Shown here: positions 9,101 to 18,120 of the stretch, in pieces | Layout of the letters: every line of letters begins with the position of its first letter | How positions within the stretch are numbered: the first letter of the stretch is position 1 | Sequence record: NZ_CP140368.1 | Length of the DNA stretch: 38,066 nucleotides | Direction: 5' to 3' (one strand) | Origin: a plasmid | The notes under the pieces: generated by a model | Told to the model about the DNA's origin: nothing | Databases searched by the model: none | Seen by the model: only the letters and a program-made list of their open reading frames with translations | Made by a program: the position numbers and the translations under genes

Positions 9101-11960
9101 TTGCAGTTTCTTTAGGATTTAATTCTCTGATTTCTTTTCCTGATGGATCTAGTTTTTTATCATAAATGCGAATAGGCTTTCTTAATAATCCATGCTCCAA
9201 CAAATCAAAGCAACCTATTCTTTCTGTGGCATATTCTGAACGAATATAAGAACTTAAAGAATAGCCAAAACCTTTAAGACTCCATTCGCCTGTTTTTTCC
9301 ATTAAAAATAAATCATAATCTTTAGGAGTAATTTGTAAGGTTTCTTCTATAAATTGTTTGTAATATTTTATAGGTATCCATGTTGTCCCTAAGCTTATTG
9401 AAATATCAACCGCTTTTAAATCTTTAGGCAAGACTTGTTCTAAGCTTTCTAAATTATTAACAAATTCATTAAAGCCATCTTCTACTAATTTTTTTACTTC
9501 TTTATGCTTTGCTTTAACATTGCCAGAAAGATATTTTTCAGCCAAAACATAATTTGCAGGATTTTTGTGATCTTTAAAGATTAATCTATCTTGCTCTAAA
9601 GATTTAAGGGTTTCTTCTAAAGGCTGATTTAAATTCGTTTCTAAAAATTTTAAATCAATTCTCCCATATTCATTGATACTAGCAATTAATGCTTCTTTTG
9701 GAGTCGAGATTTTAATTTCTTTTTGTGCATTTATAGTTCTTTTGAAAAAAATATCTGCTTTTGTTGCACTTGGTGCAATAGGATCTATACCTTCTTTTAA
9801 AGCTACACTTTTTGAAATACCACTGCTATAATTTTTTTCTAGTGCTAAAATTTTGTTTGCTTCTACATCTTCTCTAAAGGCTTTTTTATTTGCATCTCTA
9901 TTTAAATATCCTTCTTTGGTTACAAATTCATCATAAAGCTTGTTTAGAGATTTTCTTTGATTTTCTACTAAAAGATCGTTAGATTCATTTTTTTCATATT
10001 CAATAAGAGTGTTAAATTGATCTCTAAGAGCAATGAGTTTTTTAATTCTTCTTGTATCGTGTTCATTTAAAACAGGTTTTGAAAAGACTAACTCATCATC
10101 GCTTCCGATTTTCATGTAGATTTCATTATTGTATTCAAAATAATTTCCATCTTTTAACTTACTTAGAGTTTTGCTATATTTTTCGTATTCAGGCGATTCT
10201 CTATCAATCCTGTAATAAGATAGCTTGATTTTTGTTTCTTGATATTTATAAATGTTTTTAGGTAAGGTTTTTGTAAAATTTTCTAAAGCGATTTTTAAAT
10301 CTCTTCCATCATCTAAGCATTCTAAACTATAACCATATTGAGAGCTTTTAATATTCATTTTTCCTAAGATATTTTGTGGATTATTTTTAAAATACTCATT
10401 TATTCTAAAGTCATTAAAAACATCAGGGTGCATACCTCTTTTTTCAGCTTCATCAAAACGATCGTCATAGTATTCTACGCTTTCTAGCCAAGATTTATCT
10501 ATATTTAAATCTTTACCTTTTTTAAAAAAGATAATATCGGTAGTAACTTCTGTATTAGCTCGTTTTTTAAAAGCATTATTTGGCAATCTTACAGCACCTA
10601 AAAATGTTGCTTGTTCGGCTATAAAATTTCTTATTGTGCTATTTTTAGAATCTAAAAAATAACTTGATACTACAAAAGCAGCAATTCCATCTTCTTTTAA
10701 ATTTTTAATTGCATTACCAATAAAATAATTATGCACACTCGTTTTATTAAGTGTCGGATCATTTAAATCCAAGATCTTTTTTTGACCAAAAGGCGGATTA
10801 CCTATAAAAGCATCGTATGGCTTATCAAATAAATGGTGCTGAAATGCTTTATTATAAATTGTTTGATTTGGGTGCAAATGCTTTAATATATTTGCACTTA
10901 TAGTATCAAGCTCTACGCAAGTAAAATGATATTTATCGCTATAATTTTTTGCATAAGACAAAAAAGAGCCTATACCTGCACTTGGCTCAAATATTTCTTT
11001 GGTGTGATCATCATTATTAAATCCTAGCTGATTAAGCCCTTGATAAATTGTATCGATAATAATTTTTGGAGTGTAAAAAGCATCTAAAGTTGAAGTTTTT
11101 GCCTTTTCATATTCTGCATAATCAAGTGTGCTAATAAGTTCTTTAAATTCTTTTTCCCATTCTTTATTCTGATGATCAAAAGCTTGAGGAATACCGCCCC
11201 ATCCTGAAAATTTATTTAGAATTTCTTGTTCTTGTTTGGTAGCGTAGCGATTTTCTTGTTCAATAGTTTTTGAAAGTTTAATGGCTTGAAGGTTTTTTTG
11301 AAATCTATCTTTTAAAGAACCTAGATAGATTTCATCATCGCTTACAAAATCTAATTTTTGCCCAGATTTGAGGCTTCTTCTTTCATATCCATCATTTCTT
11401 GCTGCAGTTTCCAATACTGATTGTTGATTGTAGCTTCTTGCAGCATCTGTTCCTTGTCTTTCATCATCATTTCTTGAAATAAAGGAGAATAAATTTGGGG
11501 TTCTATCGCTATGTATTGATTGAGATTTATTTGCTCTTCTGCTAGTATCTCCATATCTGTTAGCCCCTGTTCTCTCTTCTTGTCTGCTTCTTTGCTCTCC
11601 AAGATTGCTAATTCCATTTGTGTTTGTGGCAATGCTAGTGTCATTAGATCTGACATTCCTAGATTCTTGATTGTGTTCGGATAAAACTCTGCCCATCTCT
11701 CTAGTATTATCAAGCTGTATTGTGGAATTTTCTTGTCTATCCACGCTTGGTGTATTTGATGAAATGCTAGTTCGTTCAATATTGTCTGTAACTTCTCTAT
11801 GTTCGGATAATTCTCTATTTTGTTGCTCATTTTCTTCTCCTTGTGAAAATTCTAATTCGATTAGATCAAATAAACTTCGACCGCCATAATCTTTTTCATC
11901 TTCAATTTGTCTTTTTGTTTTTTTACTCATTTGTATCCTTGTAATTTTTGTTTTTTGCAA
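6132..11960 (-). CDS. Giant N6-adenine DNA methyltransferase fused to an SNF2/DEAH helicase (P1 DarB-like), probably anti-restriction
   Basis: SAM-binding motif FEPSAGIGSF and catalytic FIGNPPFG (nt about 10786-10809). Helicase Walker A DHQVGAGKTLV (about 8855-8880), the DEAH box LIIDEAHEF, and helicase motif VI QRSGRVIRQG. The N-terminal roughly 200 aa are low-complexity (R/N/S/T/E-rich). No restriction endonuclease gene is adjacent. Confidence 0.85.
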   Translation of the reverse strand: MQKTKITRIQMSKKTKRQIEDEKDYGGRSLFDLIELEFSQGEENEQQNRELSEHREVTDNIERTSISSNTPSVDRQENSTIQLDNTREMGRVLSEHNQESRNVRSNDTSIATNTNGISNLGEQRSRQEERTGANRYGDTSRRANKSQSIHSDRTPNLFSFISRNDDERQGTDAARSYNQQSVLETAARNDGYERRSLKSGQKLDFVSDDEIYLGSLKDRFQKNLQAIKLSKTIEQENRYATKQEQEILNKFSGWGGIPQAFDHQNKEWEKEFKELISTLDYAEYEKAKTSTLDAFYTPKIIIDTIYQGLNQLGFNNDDHTKEIFEPSAGIGSFLSYAKNYSDKYHFTCVELDTISANILKHLHPNQTIYNKAFQHHLFDKPYDAFIGNPPFGQKKILDLNDPTLNKTSVHNYFIGNAIKNLKEDGIAAFVVSSYFLDSKNSTIRNFIAEQATFLGAVRLPNNAFKKRANTEVTTDIIFFKKGKDLNIDKSWLESVEYYDDRFDEAEKRGMHPDVFNDFRINEYFKNNPQNILGKMNIKSSQYGYSLECLDDGRDLKIALENFTKTLPKNIYKYQETKIKLSYYRIDRESPEYEKYSKTLSKLKDGNYFEYNNEIYMKIGSDDELVFSKPVLNEHDTRRIKKLIALRDQFNTLIEYEKNESNDLLVENQRKSLNKLYDEFVTKEGYLNRDANKKAFREDVEANKILALEKNYSSGISKSVALKEGIDPIAPSATKADIFFKRTINAQKEIKISTPKEALIASINEYGRIDLKFLETNLNQPLEETLKSLEQDRLIFKDHKNPANYVLAEKYLSGNVKAKHKEVKKLVEDGFNEFVNNLESLEQVLPKDLKAVDISISLGTTWIPIKYYKQFIEETLQITPKDYDLFLMEKTGEWSLKGFGYSLSSYIRSEYATERIGCFDLLEHGLLRKPIRIYDKKLDPSGKEIRELNPKETAIANSKLENLKNEFIEWIYKDYDRRTDLENIYNERFNTNIEPRYNGEHLELPNFNANIKLKKHQKNAIYRAIQENSIIFDHQVGAGKTLVAICSVMEQKRMGLLNKPLIVVPNHLARQWNDEFYHAYTNANILVATNDDLKKDNREKFFSKITTNNFDAIIMTHSQFKLIPAPYEVIKKQYEEDINILEQTLEKKRNDDNVMRYSVKDLEKRIENFKVKLSDLQTTHKKSKAIDFSELGIDALIIDEAHEFKNLLITTSMGDISGLGNLKGSQKAYDLYSKTQYIHEQNKKLYFLTGTPISNSITELYTLQRYIQPNILKEKGIQAFDSWASTFGEVTNAWELDSSGINYKIVARFNKFKNVPELSTMYKSVADIVTNNDIMKYQKDFVPKLYNDKPINIVAPRSKEIAEFIGIQDENGRWNEGSIVWRMEHQQDDITRNNLLACTTDARKAGLDFRLINPHCDDYANSKINKLIENVFNEYNAWNDDKGTQLIFCDLSTPKQHSQKVALNGNIATPNLNKEEFVNINETIEQTEEENSKSLDELLAEQAKFDVYTDILKKLVAKGIPQNEIRFIHDAKTDLQKGQLFADMNSGKARILIGSTQKMGAGTNVQKRIVALHHLDCPWRPSDLEQRSGRVIRQGNELFMRDPQNFRVKEFRYATERTYDARMWQVIESKARSIEQFRKAGADVRTLEDVTSGAADAAEMKAEATGNPLILLQVQLNSDLRQEEMLYSGYKRQIHNNEESLITNLSKIELLKKDIAKMEILNSIIKENNSEHFQGKYYINDDEKDFIVFKNDTSDLNKSRQAELERNFEKIVKTIADDYQKEYKVLEFKGLLISGERTDLNTLNFYVSTTDGKTIIEPENLIYKRDEKTFFKLESYVNFGGFVKRLNNFYNDLEKFTQLNKNKIENLEKEIVELKSITGDNTPKYKRKDYLEALREDNRIIMDEIEKMSKQKNYKSDFVPKSAKILEDLNKNNNIQKEYDIEI

Positions 11961-11976
11961 GGATATTTTAACATTT

Positions 11977-12243
11977 TTAACTATTAATATTTAAAGCTCG
12001 TGCCTCTTTTAAGATTAATTTTCTTATATAAGTACCATATTCACTTACTAAATCTAAATCCATTAATTTTTTCAAAATTTCCATTTCTTGTTCATTAAGT
12101 CTGCAAACTACTAAATTGTCTCTTCTTAGTTTTTGATCTATAGTTTTTCTTCCAGCTGACTTTTTATCAGCTTTACTATATGTTTTTTGAGAGCTTGTTT
12201 CAGAGTTTAAAGCTTCTGCTATTGTAAAGGGTTTTTTTTCCAT
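11977..12243 (-). CDS. parG: ParG-like ribbon-helix-helix centromere-binding protein
   Basis: 88-aa ORF 3 nt downstream of parA. The C-terminal part (VVCRLNEQEMEILKKLMD...YIRKLIL) is RHH-like. Classical partner of the short ParA in type Ib partition systems. Confidence 0.5.
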   Translation of the reverse strand: MEKKPFTIAEALNSETSSQKTYSKADKKSAGRKTIDQKLRRDNLVVCRLNEQEMEILKKLMDLDLVSEYGTYIRKLILKEARALNINS

Positions 12244-12245
12244 TA

Positions 12246-12806
12246 TTATTTATCCTTTCTAATAAAATCTAAAAGTCTTTGATACTCATTGAAAAAATTT
12301 GTATAACTTAATCTTGAAAGATTGTTTTCATTATAAAGTTCAGTAAAAGAAGCTCCACTACTCATAGAATTTTCAATTATCTTTGAAAATTTAAAGAAAA
12401 AGAGATTTAAATCTGTAAAATTGCTTTCAAGAGTTTCACAAATTTGCCTTTTCTCTTTCTCATCTCTATAATCTGTAACCAAGATACAAACTCTATCATC
12501 ATTACCTATTTCATTTAAAGTTTCCAATGTTCTAAGTAAAGAATTGTAATTACTCGTGCAAGGAATAATAATCTTATTACTTTCTTTAATAATATCTAAT
12601 ACCCCTTTTTCTACAAAACCACCAAAATCATAAACGCAATTATCTATTTTTTTTGGAGTCGGTAAAATTTTTGCTTTTTCAGGATAAATCTTTTCTATAA
12701 TAGAATTGTCATTGCTTTGTAAAAAATATTCCAGATCTTTAGCAATTGAAAAAGCAAAAGGAGTTTTTCCAACACCACCTTTTTTATTTACAACAGATAT
12801 TATCAT
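12246..12806 (-). CDS. parA: ParA/Soj-family partition ATPase (short type Ib)
   Basis: Deviant Walker A VVNKKGGVGKT at the N-terminus. 186 aa. Followed by the small RHH gene. Confidence 0.85.
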   Translation of the reverse strand: MIISVVNKKGGVGKTPFAFSIAKDLEYFLQSNDNSIIEKIYPEKAKILPTPKKIDNCVYDFGGFVEKGVLDIIKESNKIIIPCTSNYNSLLRTLETLNEIGNDDRVCILVTDYRDEKEKRQICETLESNFTDLNLFFFKFSKIIENSMSSGASFTELYNENNLSRLSYTNFFNEYQRLLDFIRKDK

Positions 12807-12844
12807 AAAAAAACCTTTTTTATATTTTTGTATAATATTATATA

Positions 12845-12881
12845 CTAATATTTATTAATAAGAACTAAAAATAAATATTAG
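12845..12881. promoter_or_regulatory. 12-bp inverted repeat upstream of parA, a candidate operator/centromere-like site
   Basis: ctaatatttatt (12845-12856) and aataaatattag (12870-12881) are perfect reverse complements separated by 13 bp, 40-75 bp upstream of the parA start. Confidence 0.35.
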
Positions 12882-13289
12882 TTATTTTCGATTTAATATT
12901 TTCATAAACATCTTTTTCAATTTCTCTATCTTCTTTATGGTTAATTGCAACTTTATACCATTCATTTCTTTATTTTCAAAATTTAATGCGTAAAAAATAT
13001 TTTGATTAAATTCAAATTCACTATAAGAAAAGTCAAAATTTATATCTTTGACTTTTTCTAGTATTTTTTGAGCGAATTCAAAAGTTTTTTTATGTGTCAA
13101 AAATATTCCATTAGCTATGCCATATTTTTTTATAATAAAAATATAATCTTTTGGAATGCTTTTAATAAAAAGCAAAAAATTTTCATCTTTTAACCATTCT
13201 TTTAAGGTTGTATTTTTAGTATTTTCAAAATCTAAAAACTCATAGCCATTAAGCAACAAGCATTGATTATATTTATTTTTTTCTTCCAT
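12882..13289 (-). CDS. Hypothetical protein (135 aa)
   Basis: ORF between topA and parA on the same strand. No motif recognised. Confidence 0.4.
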   Translation of the reverse strand: MEEKNKYNQCLLLNGYEFLDFENTKNTTLKEWLKDENFLLFIKSIPKDYIFIIKKYGIANGIFLTHKKTFEFAQKILEKVKDINFDFSYSEFEFNQNIFYALNFENKEMNGIKLQLTIKKIEKLKKMFMKILNRK

Positions 13290-13394
13290 AATTTACCTCC
13301 TCTCAAAAAATATTTTTACATAATCATAAAATTCTTTATATTTGAAAAATATTATTTATTAATATTAATTAATATATATTTATATTTATTAATA

Positions 13395-15590
13395 TTATAC
13401 ATTTATTATTTTAGGTTTTCCATTATTATTGTCATAATACATAGCCTTGCAACCTTGTTTAAATTCACTACAACCCCACCACCAACTATTACCATTTTTA
13501 CTTTTTATTCTTTGTAAAAATCCTTTATTGCATTGCGGACATTTATGAGTAGTATCGTTGCTTGCTTGTTTTGTTTCAAAGTTTGGTGTGCCTTTGTTAT
13601 CAGGATAAATGGCTTTGCAACCTTCCATGTATTCGCTACAACCCCAAAAGTTTCCATATTTCCCTTTTCGTTTGGTTAAAAATCCTTTATTGCATTGCGG
13701 ACATTGAATTTTTGGTTTGTTTTCATTATCTAGTATTTTAAACTCTTGATTTTTATCAATTCTTTGAATTTCGCTAATTACTTCTTTTGTGATTTCTTCT
13801 AAGAATTGTTCTCTTCTTAATTCTGATATTTCTATCATTTTTTGTTGCTCAAACCACAATGCTGTCATGTCAGGAGTAATAAGTGATTTTGGAGAAAGTT
13901 TAATTAAATCTCTACCTTTTTTAGTGGATTTGATAATTTGTTTTTTATCTTTACTTACTTCTATATACTCTCTTTCAATTAATGTTTTTATATGATTAGA
14001 TCTTGTTGCAGGTGTTCCTATGCCACCACTTTCACCCTTTTTGTCTTTATCTTTTTCCATTAGCAATTTTTTAATTCTTTCATCAGACACATATTTTGCG
14101 ACACTATTTAAATCTTTAAGTAGCGTTGTCATAGTGTAGTAAGGGCGTGGCTTTGTTTGCTTTTTTTCAATTTGTATCAAAGAGCATTTTGCAATATCAC
14201 CATTTTTTAAGATAGATAAATCGTTTATATCATTCTCATTATTTTCTTGTTCTTCTTCGCTATCTACATTTTGCCAAAGACTTCTAAAACCACTTTTTGT
14301 TGTCTTGTTTTGAGTAGCGGTAAAAATTCTTTGATTTACTTCTAAATTAATTGTAGTAGTTTGATATTCTCTAGGATGAAAGAATTGGATAATAAATCTT
14401 TTAGCGATTAGATTGTAAACGACTAATTCATCTTGAGTTAATTGCGATGAAATTTTATTTTGGGTAGGGATTATTCCATAGTGTGCTGAAATGTTAGCAT
14501 CGTTAAAAGCCTTGCTTTTTATTGTTAAATCACTGCTAGCAATGAGAGCTTGAATTTCATCATTAGAATTTAAATTTTCCTTTATAATATTTAAAATATT
14601 TGGTGCTTGTTCAAACATTGTTTCAGGTAAATATTGGCAATCTGATCTATTATAAGTTATAGCCTTGTGTTTTTCTCTTAAAATTTGAGTGATTTCTAAT
14701 GTTTTATCAGGGCTAAAACCAAAAAGTTTTGCACATTCAGCTTGTAAAACAAGTAGATTATAAGGTAGCGGTGGATATTCCTTTTTGTTTTCTATTTTTA
14801 AATTAATTTTTGCATTTTGATTTTCACAAGATTCTTTGATCTCTTTAGCTAAATTTTCATCTAAAATTTTATCTTCTGTTTTCAATCTTGCTTTAATAGT
14901 ATTATTGTTGATATTAAAATCACCTAGCAAAGAATAATAATTTATACTTTTAAAATTTTCAAATTCTTTATCTCTATTAACTATAAGAGACAAAATAGGC
15001 GTTTGAACTCTACCTACGCTTAAAATGCCCTCATATCCATTTTTTCGTGCCATTATGGTATACGCCCTAGTAAGATTTATGCCTACTATCCAATCTGCTT
15101 GACTTCTTGCAAAACCTCTTTCGCTCATTCCTTTAAAATCTGCATTTGGCTTAATTTTTGCTATTTCTTCTTTTACTGCTTTTGGTGTTAAATCATTAAT
15201 TAAAACCCTAAATACAGGTTTAGAAGTTTTGGAGTATTGAATAATTTCATCAACAAGAATTTGACCCTCATCATCTGCATCCCCACAATTTACAATAGAA
15301 GTAATCTTGTCGCTATGGATTAAATCGCAAATAATTTTTAATTGTTTTTTACTTTCTTTTTTGGGTAAGTATTTAAATTCTTTAATGGGTAGTGGTAAGT
15401 CTTCAAGTTTCCATAACTTATATTTTTCATCATATTCTTCAGGTTTCGCAAGCTCTAGAATATGCCCAAAAGCCCAAGTAACAATATTATCACCTTTTTG
15501 TATATATCCTTCTCCGCTTTTATAATTGCCATCTAGTCCTTCTGCAATTGCTCTACCAAGTTCGGGTTTTTCAGCTATAAATAATCTCAT
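13395..15590 (-). CDS. topA: Type IA DNA topoisomerase (Topo III/TopA-like, plasmid-encoded) with two C-terminal zinc ribbons
   Basis: N-terminal Toprim MRLFIAEKPELGRAIAEGL. The length (731 aa) and the repeated CPQCNKGFL...WGCSEY...GCKA zinc ribbons at the C-terminus are typical of conjugative-element topoisomerases. Confidence 0.9.
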   Translation of the reverse strand: MRLFIAEKPELGRAIAEGLDGNYKSGEGYIQKGDNIVTWAFGHILELAKPEEYDEKYKLWKLEDLPLPIKEFKYLPKKESKKQLKIICDLIHSDKITSIVNCGDADDEGQILVDEIIQYSKTSKPVFRVLINDLTPKAVKEEIAKIKPNADFKGMSERGFARSQADWIVGINLTRAYTIMARKNGYEGILSVGRVQTPILSLIVNRDKEFENFKSINYYSLLGDFNINNNTIKARLKTEDKILDENLAKEIKESCENQNAKINLKIENKKEYPPLPYNLLVLQAECAKLFGFSPDKTLEITQILREKHKAITYNRSDCQYLPETMFEQAPNILNIIKENLNSNDEIQALIASSDLTIKSKAFNDANISAHYGIIPTQNKISSQLTQDELVVYNLIAKRFIIQFFHPREYQTTTINLEVNQRIFTATQNKTTKSGFRSLWQNVDSEEEQENNENDINDLSILKNGDIAKCSLIQIEKKQTKPRPYYTMTTLLKDLNSVAKYVSDERIKKLLMEKDKDKKGESGGIGTPATRSNHIKTLIEREYIEVSKDKKQIIKSTKKGRDLIKLSPKSLITPDMTALWFEQQKMIEISELRREQFLEEITKEVISEIQRIDKNQEFKILDNENKPKIQCPQCNKGFLTKRKGKYGNFWGCSEYMEGCKAIYPDNKGTPNFETKQASNDTTHKCPQCNKGFLQRIKSKNGNSWWWGCSEFKQGCKAMYYDNNNGKPKIINV

Positions 15591-15826
15591 TTTTGCCTTT
15601 CAAAAATCTTATCTTATTGTTTGCTATATTATTAATAAATATTAGAAAATAATAGTTATTAATGTTATATATTATTAATTTAAATATACTATTTTTAAAG
15701 ATATTGATATTTTTTTACTATTGATTTTTCTATAGTTTGATTTTTTGTAAAACTACTCATCTTGTCAAAAAATAACTTTTAAATTTGTTATTTATAGTTA
15801 CTATTAATAAATAATAATAACTATAA

Positions 15827-15856
15827 ATATGCACCTTTATGAGGTGCATATTTTTA
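15827..15856 (-). terminator. Perfect 12-bp palindrome hairpin overlapping the stop of the 206-aa gene; probable bidirectional intrinsic terminator
   Basis: aaatatgcacct-ttatga-ggtgcatattt. The two arms are exact reverse complements with a 6-nt loop and are followed by T-rich sequence on both strands. Confidence 0.4.
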
Positions 15857-16474
15857 TCTTCCAAACTCTTGGTTTTGAGTTTTTTCAGGCTCTTTAATTT
15901 CTTGAGTTTGCTGTATTTGTTGTTCTTGTTTTTGTGCTTTCATTTCAGCTTCATTAACAATTCTAATTCCAGCATTTGAAATTACAGCTATAAACTCATT
16001 ACCTTTTTCTTTAAGTTCCTGTTTTAATTCTTCATTGTAAAGCCTTACATTAGTTTCTAAATAGTGACTTTTAGTTCCATCTTGGTTTTGGTGTTCTATA
16101 ATCCCAATTCCTTCAATTAATTCTTTTGCAGCTTCTCGCTTTTGATTAATTGTGTAGTAAAAATAACCTTGCTCATTTATGTTAGAGTTGATATATATGA
16201 AATCATCTCTATTTTGTGAATTTGTAGGTTTTAAAACTATATTGTGAGTTTTTTCATCTCTATTAACAAAATAGTTTTTCCACTCATCATTTATTTTTGC
16301 TGAAAAAAGCACAGCTCCGTGTTCCATTGCAGCAACTTGTCCAGCTTCTTTAATAACATCGATTAAAGCAGTATCTACTTTTCTTTGTTGAATATCACCT
16401 TCTTTATTCTTGTAGTTTAAAGCATTATTGGTATCAATAACAATCTTATCATTTACTAATTTTCCAAATGCCAT
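15854..16474 (-). CDS. Hypothetical protein (206 aa) with a Gln-rich tail; weak NYN/PIN-like N-terminus
   Basis: KIVIDTNNAL resembles the first catalytic strand of NYN/PIN folds, but the later acidic motifs are not evident. The C-terminus QKQEQQIQQTQE is low-complexity. Confidence 0.45.
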   Translation of the reverse strand: MAFGKLVNDKIVIDTNNALNYKNKEGDIQQRKVDTALIDVIKEAGQVAAMEHGAVLFSAKINDEWKNYFVNRDEKTHNIVLKPTNSQNRDDFIYINSNINEQGYFYYTINQKREAAKELIEGIGIIEHQNQDGTKSHYLETNVRLYNEELKQELKEKGNEFIAVISNAGIRIVNEAEMKAQKQEQQIQQTQEIKEPEKTQNQEFGR

Positions 16475-16544
16475 TTTTTCTCCTTTTTAAATTTTTTATG
16501 ATTTGTTTTTGTTTTTTGCATTTTTTTGTATATAATTGTTCTGT

Positions 16545-17366
16545 TCATTCACCTCCTTGTAGTGTGATTTGAATACTATTTTTATTCTCATTGAAAATAG
16601 TTTTTTTGTTTTTTGCAAAGCTCAAGGTAAAGCTTCCTTTACTATTTTCATCAATAGAGATAGTGGCTAAACCTTGAGTGATTGTGCTTACTCTTTCTTT
16701 TAAATTGTTATATTCTGAATATTTTATATAAGTAAGCAAAATTAAAATGCCAAGAGCTATACCTAACCCTATAGAAGTAAAACTAAAAAATATAAGATAC
16801 CATTTTGTATTTTTTGTCATTTTTGTAAAAATTTCTGAAAATGTATTCAATTTTTGTTTTCCATCTTCAACAAAATGATCAAGAAAAGTATTATAATTTT
16901 TTGCATTATGAGAAAGTTTATATTCTACTATTTCGCAAAATTTATTAATTTGCTCGTTATATTGTTTAAGTTTATCATCCAATGATATTTTTTGAATTTC
17001 ATTAGCAAATTTAGCAAAATCTTCCATTGTTTTTTTAATAGAAATGGTTTTATTAATAATTTCTTTCTCTTCATCATTAGGAGGATTTTTAAAATAAGAA
17101 ATAAGAGCTAAATAGGTATTATCTAGCTCTATAATATTGCTTTCTAAATCTTTAAAAATACCATCTTCTGTATTATTTTGTGCATTTTGCTTACCAACAT
17201 TAATTTTAGCAATAATTATTTTTATAAGATTTTCAAATTTTTCCAATAATTCATTATAGTTTTGCATAGCTATATTTTTTGAATTATCTTCATTAACTAT
17301 TTCAAAAAGATTATTTTCGTTAGAATTAATTTCTTCATTCATTGTTATTTCTCGTTTATCCAGCAA
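16545..17366 (-). CDS. Coiled-coil protein with a C-terminal TM anchor (273 aa)
   Basis: Long coiled-coil-like N-terminal region, then the TM segment WYLIFFSFTSIGLGIALGILILLTYI, then about 60 aa extracytoplasmic. Overlaps the upstream gene by 22 nt (operon). Confidence 0.5.
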   Translation of the reverse strand: MLDKREITMNEEINSNENNLFEIVNEDNSKNIAMQNYNELLEKFENLIKIIIAKINVGKQNAQNNTEDGIFKDLESNIIELDNTYLALISYFKNPPNDEEKEIINKTISIKKTMEDFAKFANEIQKISLDDKLKQYNEQINKFCEIVEYKLSHNAKNYNTFLDHFVEDGKQKLNTFSEIFTKMTKNTKWYLIFFSFTSIGLGIALGILILLTYIKYSEYNNLKERVSTITQGLATISIDENSKGSFTLSFAKNKKTIFNENKNSIQITLQGGE

Positions 17367-18109
17367 TCTTTTTTAATAATTATTTTTTGATAATAAGCAA
17401 TATCGATTCTATAATACTTGCCAAATCCTTCTTGTTTTCTTTTATTAGCAGGTAGTTTAATAAATTCTCCATAACTTATAGGAGTTAATTTTTCTCCTTG
17501 TTCTCTTTGCGATACAGGTAAAGCATTATAAATTTCTTGTGATACTTCTTTTAATTCATAACCTCTTTCCCAATCTTTTTGCTCATAAAATTTCTTATCG
17601 CAAGTATATTTTAAATGATAATCTGTGTATTTTGATGAAGCTAAAAGTTTGCAAGAGTTTGTAAGTTCAGGATTTATTCTAAATCCATAAGTTTTTATTT
17701 CTACGCATTCTCTTGATCCATTATGCCCACCACCAGTGCATATTTTTTCAACTTTTAAAGGTTGTTTTGATTTTTCAATTCTTTGATTTAATGCAGTTGT
17801 AGAGCATTCTCCATCTAAGTTAACTAAAATATCATTTTTATATTTATACATTTCTGGATCATTTGTTGTGTCAATAGGACACAAATTTAAAAATTCTTTC
17901 CTTGCTTGGATAGTTTTCCAAGGTTTTTTAAAGTGAATGCTAAAATATTTTGCTAAAGAAGATGCACATTCAGGTGGTTTAACTGGACTTGCTAAACAAA
18001 GAATTACTTCGCAAGAAGTTCTAGTATCACCAGATAGTAATTGCAAATCTAAAGCATTAACACTATTTATTACACCAAAAACACAAAATGGGAATAATAT
18101 TTTTTTCAT
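17345..18109 (-). CDS. Secreted Cys-rich protein, TrbM-like conjugal transfer protein
   Basis: Signal peptide MKKILFPFCVFGVINSVNA. The motif GDTRTSCEVILCLASPVKPPECASSLAKYFSI resembles the conserved TrbM block (GDTxxACEAILCL...PxEC...YFSI) as I recall it from IncP TrbM. Confidence 0.45.
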   Translation of the reverse strand: MKKILFPFCVFGVINSVNALDLQLLSGDTRTSCEVILCLASPVKPPECASSLAKYFSIHFKKPWKTIQARKEFLNLCPIDTTNDPEMYKYKNDILVNLDGECSTTALNQRIEKSKQPLKVEKICTGGGHNGSRECVEIKTYGFRINPELTNSCKLLASSKYTDYHLKYTCDKKFYEQKDWERGYELKEVSQEIYNALPVSQREQGEKLTPISYGEFIKLPANKRKQEGFGKYYRIDIAYYQKIIIKKDCWINEK

Positions 18110-18120
18110 TTTTCTCTCCT

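Noticed and set aside
13340..13400. 15-bp direct repeat TATTTATTAATATTA (13353-13367 and 13383-13397) and similar ATTATTAAT runs at 15600-15850
   Set aside because: Low-complexity AT-only sequence in AT-rich intergenic DNA. I cannot distinguish it from compositional repetition. It may still contain promoters or UP elements.
15854..16474. NYN/PIN nuclease call for the 206-aa protein
   Set aside because: Only the first strand (KIVIDTNNAL) resembles NYN. The downstream acidic catalytic motifs are not visible, so it is kept as hypothetical.
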